Positions 39,446 through 50,185 are shown, counted from the stretch's first letter. The stretch: 64,000 nt of DNA from Pseudomonadota bacterium (GCA_008501635.1 QQUJ01000025.1:32196-96195), one strand, 5' to 3'. The notes: generated from the letters alone by a model not told the origin. A program made the numbers and translations.

Positions 39446-42400
39446 ATGTCATCGCAGCCCGACTACGCCGAGCTTCATGCGCTCACCAATTTCACCTTTC
39501 TGCGCGGTGCCTCGCATCCCGAGGAGCTGGTGGAACGGGCGGTGGCTGAGGGCTATACCGCCCTGGCGATCACCGACGAATGCACCGTAGCCGGGGTGGT
39601 GCGGGCCCATCTCGCCGCGCGCGGAACACCCTTGAGACTTATCGTCGGCAGCGAATTGCACCTGGCCGATGGGCCGCGTCTGGTGCTGCTGGCGACCAAC
39701 CGCGCCGGCTACGGGGCACTCTGCGCCCTGATCACCCGCGGCCGGCGGGCGACAACGAAAGGCAGCTACCACCTGACCCGCGCCGATGTAGAGGCATTCG
39801 ATCTGGATCGCTGCCTGGCCCTGCTGCTGCCCGCCGAGGAGCCTGCGGTGGAATCCGCCCGCTGGGTGTCCGGGCTGTTTCCCGACCGCGCGTGGCTGGC
39901 GGTGGAGCTGCACCACGGCTGCGACGACGCGGCGCGCCTCGCTCTGTTGCGCGAACTGGGGCGCATGAGCAGTCTGCCCCTGGTGGCAGCGGGCGATGTG
40001 CATATGCACCGCCGCGCCCGCCGCCCGCTGCAGGATGTGCTCACCGCCATACGCCTCAACCGCCCCGTGGCCCAATGCGGCTATGCGCTATTCCCCAACG
40101 CTGAGCGCCACCTGCGCCGCCGTGAGGTGCTGGCGCGGATCTACCCGCCGGAATTGCTGGAAGAGACGCTGCGCATTGCCGCGCGCTGCCAGTTTGTGCT
40201 CGATGAGCTGCGTTACGAATATCCCGACGAATTGGTACCCACAGGCACCACCCCCGCCGTGCATCTGCGCCAGTTGACCGAAGCGGGCCTGCGCCAACGC
40301 TGGCCGCAGGGCGAGTCCGCCAAGGTGCGCCAGCTCATCGAACACGAGCTGGCGCTGATCGGCGAACTGCGCTACGAACCCTACTTTCTCACCGTCCACG
40401 ACATCGTCCGCTTCGCCCGCGCCCGCGGCATCCTCTGCCAGGGGCGCGGTTCGGCGGCCAATTCGGCGGTCTGCTACGCCCTGGGGATCACCGAGGTGGA
40501 CCCCTCGCGCATGGAGATGCTCTTCGAGCGTTTCCTCTCCCGGGAGCGCGACGAACCGCCGGATATCGACGTGGATTTCGAGCACGAACGGCGCGAAGAG
40601 GTGATCCAGTACCTCTACGCCAAATACGGCCGCGAGCGGGCGGCGCTGGCCGCCACCGTCATCACTTATCGGCCCAAGAGCGCGGTGCGCGACGTGGGCA
40701 AGGCGCTGGGGCTGGATGGGGCGCAGATCGAGCGCCTGGCCAAGGCGCTCAAGGGGTGGGTGAGCCGCAAAGAGATCGGCGAGCGCCTCACCGAGGCCGG
40801 GTTCGACCCCGACAACCCGGTGATCGCGCGCCTGCTGTGGCTGGTCAGCGAACTGCTGGGCTTCCCGCGCCATCTCTCCCAGCATGTCGGCGGTTTCGTC
40901 ATCGCCCGGGACTCCTTGCACGAACTGGTGCCCATAGAAAACGCCACCATGCCCGAACGCACGGTGATCCAGTGGGACAAGGATGATCTTGAGGCCCTGG
41001 GCCTGCTCAAGGTCGATGTACTGGGGCTGGGAATGCTGAGCGCCATCCGCAAGGCGCTGGATCTGATCAACGGTTATCGGAGTCGGATGTCCGCTCGTAG
41101 GAGCGACTTCAGTCGCGATGTGCGGCCTGATCCGATCGTGACATTCGCGGTTGAAACCGCTCCTACGAGCACCAGTAACGGGGAAAACCGTGAACGGGAC
41201 TCCGCCCGGACATCAGGGCCGATCAACGGCCATCGGGGTCGAATACCCCCCAGTAGGAGCGACTTCAGTCGCGATGCACACCCCGATCCGACCGCGACGT
41301 TCGCGGTTGAAACTGCTCCTACGGGCACCGGTAGCGGGGAAACCCGCCCGCCGCTCTCCCTGGCCACCATCCCCCCCGAAGACCCGGCCGTCTACGACCT
41401 GATCTGCGCCGGCGACACGGTGGGCGTGTTCCAGATCGAGTCCCGGGCCCAGATGGCCATGCTGCCGCGCCTCAAGCCGCGCACCTTCTACGATCTGGTC
41501 ATCGAAGTGGCCATCGTCCGTCCCGGCCCCATCCAGGGGGACATGGTCCATCCCTACCTGCGCCGCCGTCAGGGTATCGAACCGGTCACCTACCCCAGCG
41601 AGGCGGTACGCGGCGTGCTGGAGCGCACTCTGGGGGTGCCCATCTTCCAGGAACAGGTGATCAAACTGGCGATGGTGGCGGCGGGTTTCTCCGCCGGTGA
41701 GGCCGACGCCCTGCGTCGCGCCATGGCGGCGTGGCGGCGGCGCGGCGGGCTGGAACCCTTCGAGCAGCGACTGATCACCGGCATGCGTCAACGCGGCTAC
41801 TCCGAGACCTTCGCCCGTCAGATCTACCAGCAGATCTGCGGCTTCGGCGAGTACGGCTTCCCCGAAAGCCACGCCGCCAGCTTTGCGCTGCTCGCCTACG
41901 CCTCGGCCTGGCTCAAGCGTCACGAACCCGCCGCCTTCTGTGCGGCCCTGATCAACAGCCTGCCCATGGGTTTCTACGCCCCCGCGCAGCTGGTGCAGGA
42001 CGCTCAGCGCCACGGGGTCGAGGTGCGGACCGTGGATGTGCGTCACAGCAATTGGGATTGCACGCTGGAGCCTCCTGGGGCCCCTATCTCGCGTCAGGAC
42101 ACCAGGGTGCCAGGAACGCGGAAAACGCTGGCATCAGCACCTGTTTTTGCCCCACGAGACGACAACGGGCAGAGCATTCTGACGACCGTTCCCCCTCACC
42201 CCAGCCCTCTCCCCAGGGAGAGGGAGCCCAACTGCATCCCCAGTACCCTCTCCCCCCGGGAGAGGGTCAGGGTGAGGGCCCAACCCACCCTGCGCCTCGG
42301 CCTGCGGCAGGTAAAGGGCCTTTCGCGCGAAGGCGCGGAGCGCCTTGTCGCCGTACGGGCCGAACAACCCTTCGCCGATGTGGCCGATCTGGTCCGCCGC

Positions 42401-42988
42401 GCTCGCCTCGACAAGCGGGACCGCAATGCCCTCGCGGCGGCCGGGGCACTGGCGGGACTGGCCGGTAACCGCCACCAGGCGCGCTGGCAGACGCTGGGCA
42501 TTGAGGCGGCGACACCCCTTGGGGTGGAGAACACCATCGCTGAAGCCACCCCCATGCTGGCACCCCCTAGCGAAGGTGCAGCGATTGCGGCGGACTACCG
42601 CAGCCTGGGACTCACACTGGAGCGCCACCCCTTGGCGCTGTTGCGTGAGCAACTAACCACACAGCATCTCGTCACCGCCGAGGCAATCAATACTTTGCCC
42701 CACGGCCGCCGGGCGCGCATGGCAGGCCTGGTGGTCACCCGGCAACGACCCGGCACCGCCAGCGGCGTGGTCTTCGTCACCCTGGAGGATGAGACCGGTG
42801 TGGTGAATGTGGTGGTGTGGGGGCAGCTGGCCGAGCGCCACCGCCGTGTGCTGCTGGAATCGCAGCTACTGGCAGTGAGCGGTGAGGTGCAGACCGAAGA
42901 TGGCGTCACGCACCTCATCGCCCACCGTTTGGAGAACTACAACCCGCTACTGGGCGGCCTGGAAACCCGATCGCGGGATTTCCACTGA
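39446..42988 (+). CDS. dnaE2: Error-prone DNA polymerase DnaE2 (ImuC) with two large in-frame repeat-derived insertions
   Basis: PHP domain, [36 protein letters not shown] fold, C-terminal SRDFH. Confidence 0.96.
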   Translation: MSSQPDYAELHALTNFTFLRGASHPEELVERAVAEGYTALAITDECTVAGVVRAHLAARGTPLRLIVGSELHLADGPRLVLLATNRAGYGALCALITRGRRATTKGSYHLTRADVEAFDLDRCLALLLPAEEPAVESARWVSGLFPDRAWLAVELHHGCDDAARLALLRELGRMSSLPLVAAGDVHMHRRARRPLQDVLTAIRLNRPVAQCGYALFPNAERHLRRREVLARIYPPELLEETLRIAARCQFVLDELRYEYPDELVPTGTTPAVHLRQLTEAGLRQRWPQGESAKVRQLIEHELALIGELRYEPYFLTVHDIVRFARARGILCQGRGSAANSAVCYALGITEVDPSRMEMLFERFLSRERDEPPDIDVDFEHERREEVIQYLYAKYGRERAALAATVITYRPKSAVRDVGKALGLDGAQIERLAKALKGWVSRKEIGERLTEAGFDPDNPVIARLLWLVSELLGFPRHLSQHVGGFVIARDSLHELVPIENATMPERTVIQWDKDDLEALGLLKVDVLGLGMLSAIRKALDLINGYRSRMSARRSDFSRDVRPDPIVTFAVETAPTSTSNGENRERDSARTSGPINGHRGRIPPSRSDFSRDAHPDPTATFAVETAPTGTGSGETRPPLSLATIPPEDPAVYDLICAGDTVGVFQIESRAQMAMLPRLKPRTFYDLVIEVAIVRPGPIQGDMVHPYLRRRQGIEPVTYPSEAVRGVLERTLGVPIFQEQVIKLAMVAAGFSAGEADALRRAMAAWRRRGGLEPFEQRLITGMRQRGYSETFARQIYQQICGFGEYGFPESHAASFALLAYASAWLKRHEPAAFCAALINSLPMGFYAPAQLVQDAQRHGVEVRTVDVRHSNWDCTLEPPGAPISRQDTRVPGTRKTLASAPVFAPRDDNGQSILTTVPPHPSPLPREREPNCIPSTLSPRERVRVRAQPTLRLGLRQVKGLSREGAERLVAVRAEQPFADVADLVRRARLDKRDRNALAAAGALAGLAGNRHQARWQTLGIEAATPLGVENTIAEATPMLAPPSEGAAIAADYRSLGLTLERHPLALLREQLTTQHLVTAEAINTLPHGRRARMAGLVVTRQRPGTASGVVFVTLEDETGVVNVVVWGQLAERHRRVLLESQLLAVSGEVQTEDGVTHLIAHRLENYNPLLGGLETRSRDFH
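41097..41166. repeat. GTAG-family REP doublet (REPIN) 1 inside dnaE2
   Basis: GTAGGAGCGACTTCAGTCGCGA (41097-41118) inverted to TCGCGGTTGAAACCGCTCCTAC (41145-41166). Confidence 0.88.
41253..41322. repeat. GTAG-family REP doublet (REPIN) 2 inside dnaE2
   Basis: GTAGGAGCGACTTCAGTCGCGA (41253-41274) and TCGCGGTTGAAACTGCTCCTAC (41301-41322), 156 bp after copy 1. Confidence 0.88.
42193..42278. repeat. CCCTCTCCC/GGGAGAGGG palindromic doublet inside dnaE2
   Basis: CCCTCACCCCAGCCCTCTCCC-CA-GGGAGAGGG ... CCCTCTCCC-CCC-GGGAGAGGGTCAGGGTGAGGG. Confidence 0.85.
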
Positions 42989-42994
42989 CACGCC

Positions 42995-43810
42995 TCAGCG
43001 CGTGGGCATACCCGGCATACCCGGCATGCCCGGCAGCTGCGCCGGCTGGTAATCGTCGGGAACCGTAAACAGCGCGCTGGCAATGCGGTCTGTGCCGACT
43101 TTGGTCAACTGCACGATGTCCTTTTTGCCGGCACGGATGTGGGACGCCCGCACTGGCACCCCCGGTATCTCCTCCGGGCCGAAGAACGGCATATCCCGTC
43201 CCATACCCCCCCGTGCCGAATCAGCCATGCTGCCCATCACCTTGAAGAATGCCTGCAGGGTCTGGAAATCCCGATCCGAAATTCCCAATGTCTTTGCCTT
43301 GGCGACACAGAGCTCGCTGGTCACCCTGGCACCTTCGACCACCTCGATAACCTCGCAATTCCACGAACCCACCTTTTCGGTGCGTTTGGTCCTGCGAATC
43401 TGCGGCTTGGCACGCGCACCACCCGCCGGCTTACCCATCATCTGTTCGACCTGGGCGCGCTGCTCAGGCGTCATGTTCTTCATCTGCTCCGCCATCATCG
43501 CCTGCATCTGTTGCATCATGCCGGACGCCTGCTGCATGGTCTGCCTGACCTGCTGCGGCGTGATGGTCATGACCGTCTTGGCTTTACCGTCAAGCACCTG
43601 GTACTGATCGCTGCCTTCACGGTACAGCACGATGAATTCCTGTCCTTGAACACCGCTCGTCACCCGCACCCGGCCCTCGCTCACCTGGATCAGCTGTTTC
43701 ATCTGATTGCCGGCAGCCACATCCATTTCCAACGTGACATCCGCCGTCACGACGGTCGTAACCAGCGCCAGTGCTGCGCCGAGGATCGTTTGGTATTGCC
43801 CTACATTCAT
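42995..43810 (-). CDS. Secreted DUF4412-like protein
   Basis: Signal peptide, Met/Gln-rich helix, RTEKVGSWNCEV, C-terminal FTVPDDY and PGMPGMP. Confidence 0.75.
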   Translation of the reverse strand: MNVGQYQTILGAALALVTTVVTADVTLEMDVAAGNQMKQLIQVSEGRVRVTSGVQGQEFIVLYREGSDQYQVLDGKAKTVMTITPQQVRQTMQQASGMMQQMQAMMAEQMKNMTPEQRAQVEQMMGKPAGGARAKPQIRRTKRTEKVGSWNCEVIEVVEGARVTSELCVAKAKTLGISDRDFQTLQAFFKVMGSMADSARGGMGRDMPFFGPEEIPGVPVRASHIRAGKKDIVQLTKVGTDRIASALFTVPDDYQPAQLPGMPGMPGMPTR

Positions 43811-44278
43811 CCTGTTTCTCCTTATCGCTCGCTCAGTTTTGTTCGCCCGGACCGGGCGCTGAATCAGTCCGTACTCGTATTGATTATTATCCAGCTTATC
43901 AATCGGTTAACTTGTTCTATCCGCCAAGCCTCAGAAATCACTGACACCGGAGCATGCGACCCCGGGGCACGGCGCTACGGACCTCGGTACAGACGATTGG
44001 TACCGCACTCCAACTATGAGACTAGCCAATCAACGGAAGGGATGCATCACTTTGCTGGTCCGGCAGCGATGGCTGGCTGTCATCGCATCCAGTATGCGAA
44101 CCTGCCTACAGTTTTCGTCGGCCGCGTCGATATGATGTCCAAGAACACCCCGCGGGGCGTCGGCGTCCAACCTCAACAAGAGACGTTAGCGGCCGCCCTG
44201 CACTGCAGTATCCCCCGGAACCGGCGTGACGGCGCAGCCGTTCACAGTGATATACGTTACGCTGACAGGGGTGATGTA

Positions 44279-45757
44279 ATGGGCGTGTACAAGCAGTCTC
44301 TCAGACTAGTTGGCGGTTCGCTTTGGTTGGCCGCCGGAATCGGATTAGGTGCCTTCTTCGTCGACCAGGTACGTAAACCGGCGATCGACACCATGCTGGA
44401 CTCATCGGTGGCGATTCGCACCATCACCCACGTCAAAATCGATCAGCTGGGCGACTCGGTCTGGTCCAAACGTCATGGTTCCGGTTTCCTCGTATCGGCA
44501 GAGAACTGCGAAGTATGGACCAACCACCACGTGGTCGCCGAAGCAGCGCTGATCGAGATCATCCCGCGAGATTGGTCCGCGCCCGAGGGCATCGCCGCGC
44601 GTGTCATCAGCTCTGATCCGCACACCGATATCGCAGTGCTGCGCATGACCCACTGCGCCGGCATGAAGGCGGCCGAGTTCGGCGATTCCGATACGCTGCA
44701 AACCGGTGATGAGGTTTTCGCAGTCGGCAATCCCTTCGGCCGCAATCCCGACTCCATCAGCCGGGGTATCGTCTCGCACAAACATCGTTACCTGCGGGGT
44801 GGTGTCGAGTACCTGCAAAGCGACGCCATGATCAATACCGGCAATTCCGGCGGTGCGCTTTTTGACCGCCGCGGCCGGGTAATCGGTGTCAATACAGCCG
44901 TTGCAACCGACAACAGCTCCGGCGGTACGGGCGTCAGCTACTCGGTGCCCATCAACAATGCACTGCGCGCGGTGGAACGGCTGCACGCCGGCACTCCCAG
45001 CTGGGGGGATATTGGATTGGGTGACCTGCTCACTGAGCTTGCCCCGACGGAAGCCGAGATGTTTCGCATCCCAGCCGGACGTCCAGCGGTAACACTGATC
45101 AGCGATCCGCAAAAAGGGAGCGCTCTCGGGCTACTCAAGGCGCGCGATGCCATCTTCGAGATAAACGGCATTCCCCTGCGCGGCCTCGCGCACCTGGAGT
45201 GGTTGGTCAGTAACAGCCGTCCCGGCAGCAAACTGGACGTGCAATTCATGCGTAACGGTATTGCGGAACGCACCAGGATCGCGGTGGAGAATGGTTGGAA
45301 TGTCGAGCCCCCTCCCAGTCCCGAGCACTACGATGGCTACCTGGGCATGAAACTGGCGAACTGGTCGGGTGAAGAGGACGAAAAAAGCAACTTCAAATCT
45401 CCAGTGATACTCCATGTAACCAGCCTGGGACCCGCGCATCGCGCCGGCGTGCTCAGTTCTCAACACCAGTTCTATCGCCAGGGGCCGTTTCTGCAGTCCT
45501 ACCTGATGGAAGTGCGCGCGATCACAGGGATCATCGTCGACGGCCAGTATGAACGATTGGCGAGTCCGGATGATCTCAACGCAGTCGCCGAAGTGGCATT
45601 GTCGTCAGGCGCCGCGATTCTTCTCGAGATCGAGGAGTGGCAACGTGAGCCCAAGAATCAGGCCGAAGCGCCATTCAGGCATGTCGGTACAACGTATCAC
45701 CGTGTGCAACCTGCCGCGTCCATACCGGCCAGCGGGCGCTTTGCTAGCGCACTTTGA
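44279..45757 (+). CDS. Trypsin-like serine protease (S1C/HtrA-like) with PDZ-like domain
   Basis: N-terminal TM, WTNHHVV (His), TDIAVL (Asp), INTGNSGGAL (Ser); start inferred at ATG 44279. Confidence 0.85.
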   Translation: MGVYKQSLRLVGGSLWLAAGIGLGAFFVDQVRKPAIDTMLDSSVAIRTITHVKIDQLGDSVWSKRHGSGFLVSAENCEVWTNHHVVAEAALIEIIPRDWSAPEGIAARVISSDPHTDIAVLRMTHCAGMKAAEFGDSDTLQTGDEVFAVGNPFGRNPDSISRGIVSHKHRYLRGGVEYLQSDAMINTGNSGGALFDRRGRVIGVNTAVATDNSSGGTGVSYSVPINNALRAVERLHAGTPSWGDIGLGDLLTELAPTEAEMFRIPAGRPAVTLISDPQKGSALGLLKARDAIFEINGIPLRGLAHLEWLVSNSRPGSKLDVQFMRNGIAERTRIAVENGWNVEPPPSPEHYDGYLGMKLANWSGEEDEKSNFKSPVILHVTSLGPAHRAGVLSSQHQFYRQGPFLQSYLMEVRAITGIIVDGQYERLASPDDLNAVAEVALSSGAAILLEIEEWQREPKNQAEAPFRHVGTTYHRVQPAASIPASGRFASAL

Positions 45758-46946
45758 AGCCGTAATTGCGCAGAGCCTGGACGATCTCGCTCACGTGCGG
45801 GAGACCGCGTGTTTCCAGGCTCATTTCCGCCTCTGCCTCCTCCAGACGAACTTCGCTGGCGTGGTGATTCTGGGAAATTCGCAGAATGTTGGCCTGTTGC
45901 TCGCCAATGATGCGCGCCAACTCAGCCATGCTTCCCGGGCGGTCGGCCACGACTACGCTGAGGTTGGCGATACGCCCATCGATCTCCAAACCGCGCTCGA
46001 TGATGCGTGACAGCATCGTCATATCGATATTACCCCCGCTGATGACAACGACGACCTTCCTGCCGGCAACATCGTCCACGTGACCGTTGAGGAGCGCAGA
46101 AAACCCGACGACGCCCGCGCCCTCTGCCAACGTTTTTTCACGCTCCAGCAACACCATGATGCCGTTGGCGATTTCTTCCTCCGTAACGGTAACAATGCGT
46201 TCGACATGACGTTCCACGATGGGATAGGTGTGCTGCCCCACCTCGGCGACCGAGATGCCATCGGCGATGGAGTTGATATTGGGCACTCTGACAATTTTGT
46301 GCACAGCCAGGCTCTCCTTCATGGCCGCCATGCGCTCCGCCTCGATCCCTACCAATCGGGTTGCGGGCTTGATGGTCTTCACGGCGGTGGCGATTCCGGC
46401 GATCAATCCACCACCACCGACCGGGACTATAACCACATCGAGATCCGGTACCTGTTCGAGAATCTCCAGTCCCACCGTTCCCTGGCCCGCGATAACCGTC
46501 GGATCATCAAACGCGTGGACAAATGTATACCCCACCTGTTGCTGCAGTTCGCGCGCGTGGCGATAGGCCTCGTCGTAGCTCTTGCCCCACAATACAACCT
46601 CCGCACCCAGTTCCCGTGTGCCCCGCACTTTGGCCAGGGGCGCGGTTTCCGGCATCACCACCACGGCGTGGATGCCACCGATGCGCGCAGCGTGTGCCAA
46701 TCCCTGGGCATGATTGCCCGCGGAGGCGCAGATCACGCCCGCGGACTTCTCACCGTCGCTGAGGCAGAGGATCTTGTTGAGCGAGCCCCGCTCTTTGTAT
46801 GAGCCTGTCATCTGCAGATTTTCGAGCTTGAGATATACCTGACAGCCCATCATGCGGCTTAGCGTCTCGGAACGCGCGCAGGGCGAGTAGAAGACCGATT
46901 GGCGAATTCGCTCGTGGGCCGCTTGAATGTCACGCAGTTGTATCAT
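45744..46946 (-). CDS. ilvA: Threonine ammonia-lyase with ACT domain
   Basis: KLENLQMTGSYKERG, ASAGNHAQG, PVGGGGLI, SGGNID, DRPGSM ACT domain. Confidence 0.92.
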   Translation of the reverse strand: MIQLRDIQAAHERIRQSVFYSPCARSETLSRMMGCQVYLKLENLQMTGSYKERGSLNKILCLSDGEKSAGVICASAGNHAQGLAHAARIGGIHAVVVMPETAPLAKVRGTRELGAEVVLWGKSYDEAYRHARELQQQVGYTFVHAFDDPTVIAGQGTVGLEILEQVPDLDVVIVPVGGGGLIAGIATAVKTIKPATRLVGIEAERMAAMKESLAVHKIVRVPNINSIADGISVAEVGQHTYPIVERHVERIVTVTEEEIANGIMVLLEREKTLAEGAGVVGFSALLNGHVDDVAGRKVVVVISGGNIDMTMLSRIIERGLEIDGRIANLSVVVADRPGSMAELARIIGEQQANILRISQNHHASEVRLEEAEAEMSLETRGLPHVSEIVQALRNYGFKVR

Positions 46947-47074
46947 CACGATGTCTTTCGAGAGTGTTCGAATGCACAATCGTTGACCTGGCCCGGATGA
47001 AACGCAACCCCTATAAAGCAAAACGGCGAGTTCCGAAGGCTCGCCGCTGTGCAATCAGTTTGTCGAGATGGATT

Positions 47075-48874
47075 CTACTTGTTCAGATGCACCTTGGCGT
47101 AGGAGCCGGGTGCGGCCTCGATGACCGGCAGATCCCCTGCACCGGGGACGCGCGCCGCGACCTTACCGCCGGCGCGACGGTAACACCACTTGTACCAATC
47201 GTTCCACCAGGAACCGTCGTATTGCTTGGCTCCCGAGAACCACTCCTCGGGACTATCGGCCAGGTTGGTCTTTGTCCAGTAGCAATATTTGCCCGCTACC
47301 GGTGGGTTGATGACGCCTGCGATATGACCGGATCCGCCGAGTACAAACTTGACCTGGCCAGCGAAGAGCTTGGCACCGTCGAAAGTCGCTTTCCACGGCG
47401 CGATATGATCCTCGATCGTTGAGAGGAAGTAGACCGGTGTCTTGACCTGCGTAAGGTCGATCTTTTCGCCAACCAATGTCAGGCCGCCGGGTTCTCGCAA
47501 CAGGTTTCCTTGATACATTTTGCGCAGGTAGAAACTGTGCATGGCCGCCGGCATGCGCGTGGAATCGGAGTTCCAGAACAGCAGATCGAATGGAAATGGC
47601 TCTTTGCCCAGCAGATAGTTATTGATGAAGAACGACCAGATCAAATCGTTGGCGCGCAGCATGCTGAAAGTGGTCGCCATTTCGCCGCCGTCGAGGAAAC
47701 CCGCCTTTTGCATCTTCGCTTCCAGCGCCTGCAGTTCATCTTCATCGATAAACACTTCCAGCTCACCGGGATTGGAAAAATCCAGCATGGTGGTAAAGAA
47801 GGTGGCACTCTTGATGCGATCGTCATTTTTGGCATTGAGATAGGCCAGAGTGCTGGCGAGCAATGTACCGCCGAGACAGTAGCCCACGGCATTGATCTCG
47901 TCCTCGCCAGTCGCCCGCGCGATGGCATCCAAAGCCGCCAGTGTGCCCTCCGAGAGATAGTCTTCGAATTGCTTCTCTGCCAGTCCGGCATCTGGATTTA
48001 CCCAGGAGATAACGAAAACAGTGAAGCCTTGATCCACAGCCCACTTGACGAAGGAATTTTTTTCGCGCAAATCGAGAATATAGTACTTATTGATCCACGG
48101 CGGCACGATCAGCAACGGACGTTTATAGACTTTCTCAGTGCTCGGTTCGTACTGGATGAGCTGCATCAGGTCGGTCTGGAATACGACCTTGCCTTTCGTG
48201 GTGGCAATGTTTTCACCCAGCTTGAAGGCATCAAGGTCAGTCATTCGGATTTTCAGTTTGCCGCGCCCGCGCTCAAGGTCGTCCAACAGGTTCTTCAGTC
48301 CCTGCACCAGGTTCTGACCACCCGACTCGACCGTGGAACGCAACACTTCGGGGTTGGTGATCGGGAAATTGGTGGGCGCCAGGGCATCGACGAACTGGCG
48401 AGTGTAGAACTCGACTTTCTTCTTGGTCTTCTCATCCATGCCCTCCACCTCGGCGACGGTGTTCTGCAGCCAGTTGGCGGTGAGCAGGTAGGTCTGCTTC
48501 ACGTAATCAAAGAAGAAGTGCTCCTCCCAATCGTCGTGTTTGAAGCGGCGATCCGTCTTGTCGGGGGCAATCGCCGGTTCGACCTGCATACCGAAAAAGG
48601 AGGCGGCGCTTTTGTGCCAGATATCCAGATACCCCTGCCACAGCGTGAAGTTGGCCTCAGCCAGTTTGGCCGGGTTTTGCAGCATCTTTTCCGTCAGTTG
48701 CAAAAAGGCCTGCCCCAAATTGGTTCGATCCCCCATCCCCATGTGGCCTTCCGCCACCTGCTTGCCCAGCCAGTCATTGACGATACGCTGGCTTTGCTCA
48801 GCGATTCCCACCATCGTCTCCGAAAGTTTCGCGAGATCAGGCATTTGGATATCGGCTGTCTGGGGTTCGGCCAT
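47075..48874 (-). CDS. phaC: Class I poly(hydroxyalkanoate) synthase
   Basis: PPWINKYYILDL, GYCLGG lipase box, EDHIAPW, SGHIAG. Confidence 0.96.
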   Translation of the reverse strand: MAEPQTADIQMPDLAKLSETMVGIAEQSQRIVNDWLGKQVAEGHMGMGDRTNLGQAFLQLTEKMLQNPAKLAEANFTLWQGYLDIWHKSAASFFGMQVEPAIAPDKTDRRFKHDDWEEHFFFDYVKQTYLLTANWLQNTVAEVEGMDEKTKKKVEFYTRQFVDALAPTNFPITNPEVLRSTVESGGQNLVQGLKNLLDDLERGRGKLKIRMTDLDAFKLGENIATTKGKVVFQTDLMQLIQYEPSTEKVYKRPLLIVPPWINKYYILDLREKNSFVKWAVDQGFTVFVISWVNPDAGLAEKQFEDYLSEGTLAALDAIARATGEDEINAVGYCLGGTLLASTLAYLNAKNDDRIKSATFFTTMLDFSNPGELEVFIDEDELQALEAKMQKAGFLDGGEMATTFSMLRANDLIWSFFINNYLLGKEPFPFDLLFWNSDSTRMPAAMHSFYLRKMYQGNLLREPGGLTLVGEKIDLTQVKTPVYFLSTIEDHIAPWKATFDGAKLFAGQVKFVLGGSGHIAGVINPPVAGKYCYWTKTNLADSPEEWFSGAKQYDGSWWNDWYKWCYRRAGGKVAARVPGAGDLPVIEAAPGSYAKVHLNK

Positions 48875-49069
48875 CTTGGGTTTGCTCCTCGTGATTGTCA
48901 GGTCGGCGTGCACTAACGACAGGGGTAACACCCTCAGTCCCTAGGGGATTTGGCGGGCTGGAGATATCTGAACCGGGAATTCGTCAATTTGACGCGGGAA
49001 AACTACCCGATTTGTCGCTGCGCTGCAACATTTTTAGCGGGGTGGCAGTGGGTTGCGGGCCTTTCACCA

Positions 49070-50185
49070 TCATCGAAGGCCCGCCGACCATAGCGCCGGG
49101 CACACGGTCTTCGAGTGAAAAGCCGCCTCTTCGGGATCAACCGGGAGCTTGATTTTAAAGGTGGTCCCTCTACCCGACTCGCTCTCTATATCAAGCAACC
49201 CCTTGTGCTTGGTAACTAGAACCTATCTCAATATCCCGCGCGAGCTGTGCCGGTCGCTCGTGGTTTCAGCGCCAGGCGCGGCGAGCGTGGTTGGGTCATT
49301 CCCAATGAGCGAGCCGCAACACCGCGCTGGAGCCACGAGCGGCCGGCCCTTCGGGCCCACCCAGCGCCCTCTGGGGCTCAACACAGCTCACGGGGGATAT
49401 TGAGATAGGCTCTATGTTGTACACCACATTGAGGCCCAAACCCGTTCCTTACCCAGATCCGGGAAATAGTCTTCGGCTTCATAGGCACCATCCAGGATCG
49501 CGGACCTGCGATACTTGGTGCCGTAGTGACGTTTTCTCACCGCATCAGACGCGCAATCAACGATCAGATCGGCCATTAGGGGACGCTCTGATCCGTAGAA
49601 GGCTCGCCATTGTTCAGACTTGCCGACCATCTGCTCCGCGCTATAGCCGGTTAACACCGCGCAGGCATGGTTCCAATGGGTGATCCTGTGCTGACGATCG
49701 ATGACCAGCGTAGCGATAGGCACCCCCTCGAGCGTTTCACGCAGATATTGATCGCTTGCGATCAGCGTTTGCCGCGCCCTGGCACCCTCGGTGACATCGG
49801 TAAGCGCAATAAGAATGCCCCCTTCATCGAGCAACTTCTGAGTCTCCTCCAGCACAGTGCTCTCATCGTGGGCGCGATGGACCCTGCACTGAGAAACGGA
49901 ACCCAGACATTCTGCCTACTCTACCGAGAGCTGGTTGGCATCCCCTTCCCCAAAGTCCCCGCGATCAGTACAAAAACGCGTGACCGCCTCTATGGGTGAG
50001 CCCGGTTCAGCCAGATGCTCAGAGAGTTGCAGCAGCTCGCGAAAGGCGAGATTGGTTGCCACTATGCGATGGTCGGTACTGAGGATGCAGAGTCCTTCCG
50101 CCGCTGATTGAATGCCTCCATGAAAAGCACTGTTCGATCCACCGCCCCTCCCGGTGTTCTCAAACTCTGCAATCCGAGTCGACAA
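49070..50185 (-). pseudogene. Decayed PAS-PAS-histidine kinase gene
   Basis: PAS-like start, in-frame TAG at 49916-49918, second PAS, deletion junction into GTGLGLNVVYNI, MITE, then VTKHKG...ESESGRGTTFKIKLP HATPase tail. Confidence 0.85.
49219..49412. mobile_element. 194-bp MITE with 19-bp TIRs and TA target duplication
   Basis: GAACCTATCTCAATATCCC ... GGGATATTGAGATAGGCTC (18/19 complementary), TA on both flanks, excision restores the kinase reading frame. Confidence 0.9.

Noticed and set aside
43880-43893. FNR-like TTGAT-TATT-ATCCA
   Set aside because: One mismatch and no convincing -10 element at class II spacing; could be chance in an AT-rich spacer
43139-44278. 380-aa N-terminal extension of the protease ORF
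   Set aside because: Overlaps the DUF4412-like gene in antisense and has non-protein-like composition; ATG 44279 gives a normal TM anchor
48721-48735. GGTTCGATCCCC tRNA T-loop-like motif (also GGTTCGA near 56855)
   Set aside because: No cloverleaf stems; the first lies inside phaC
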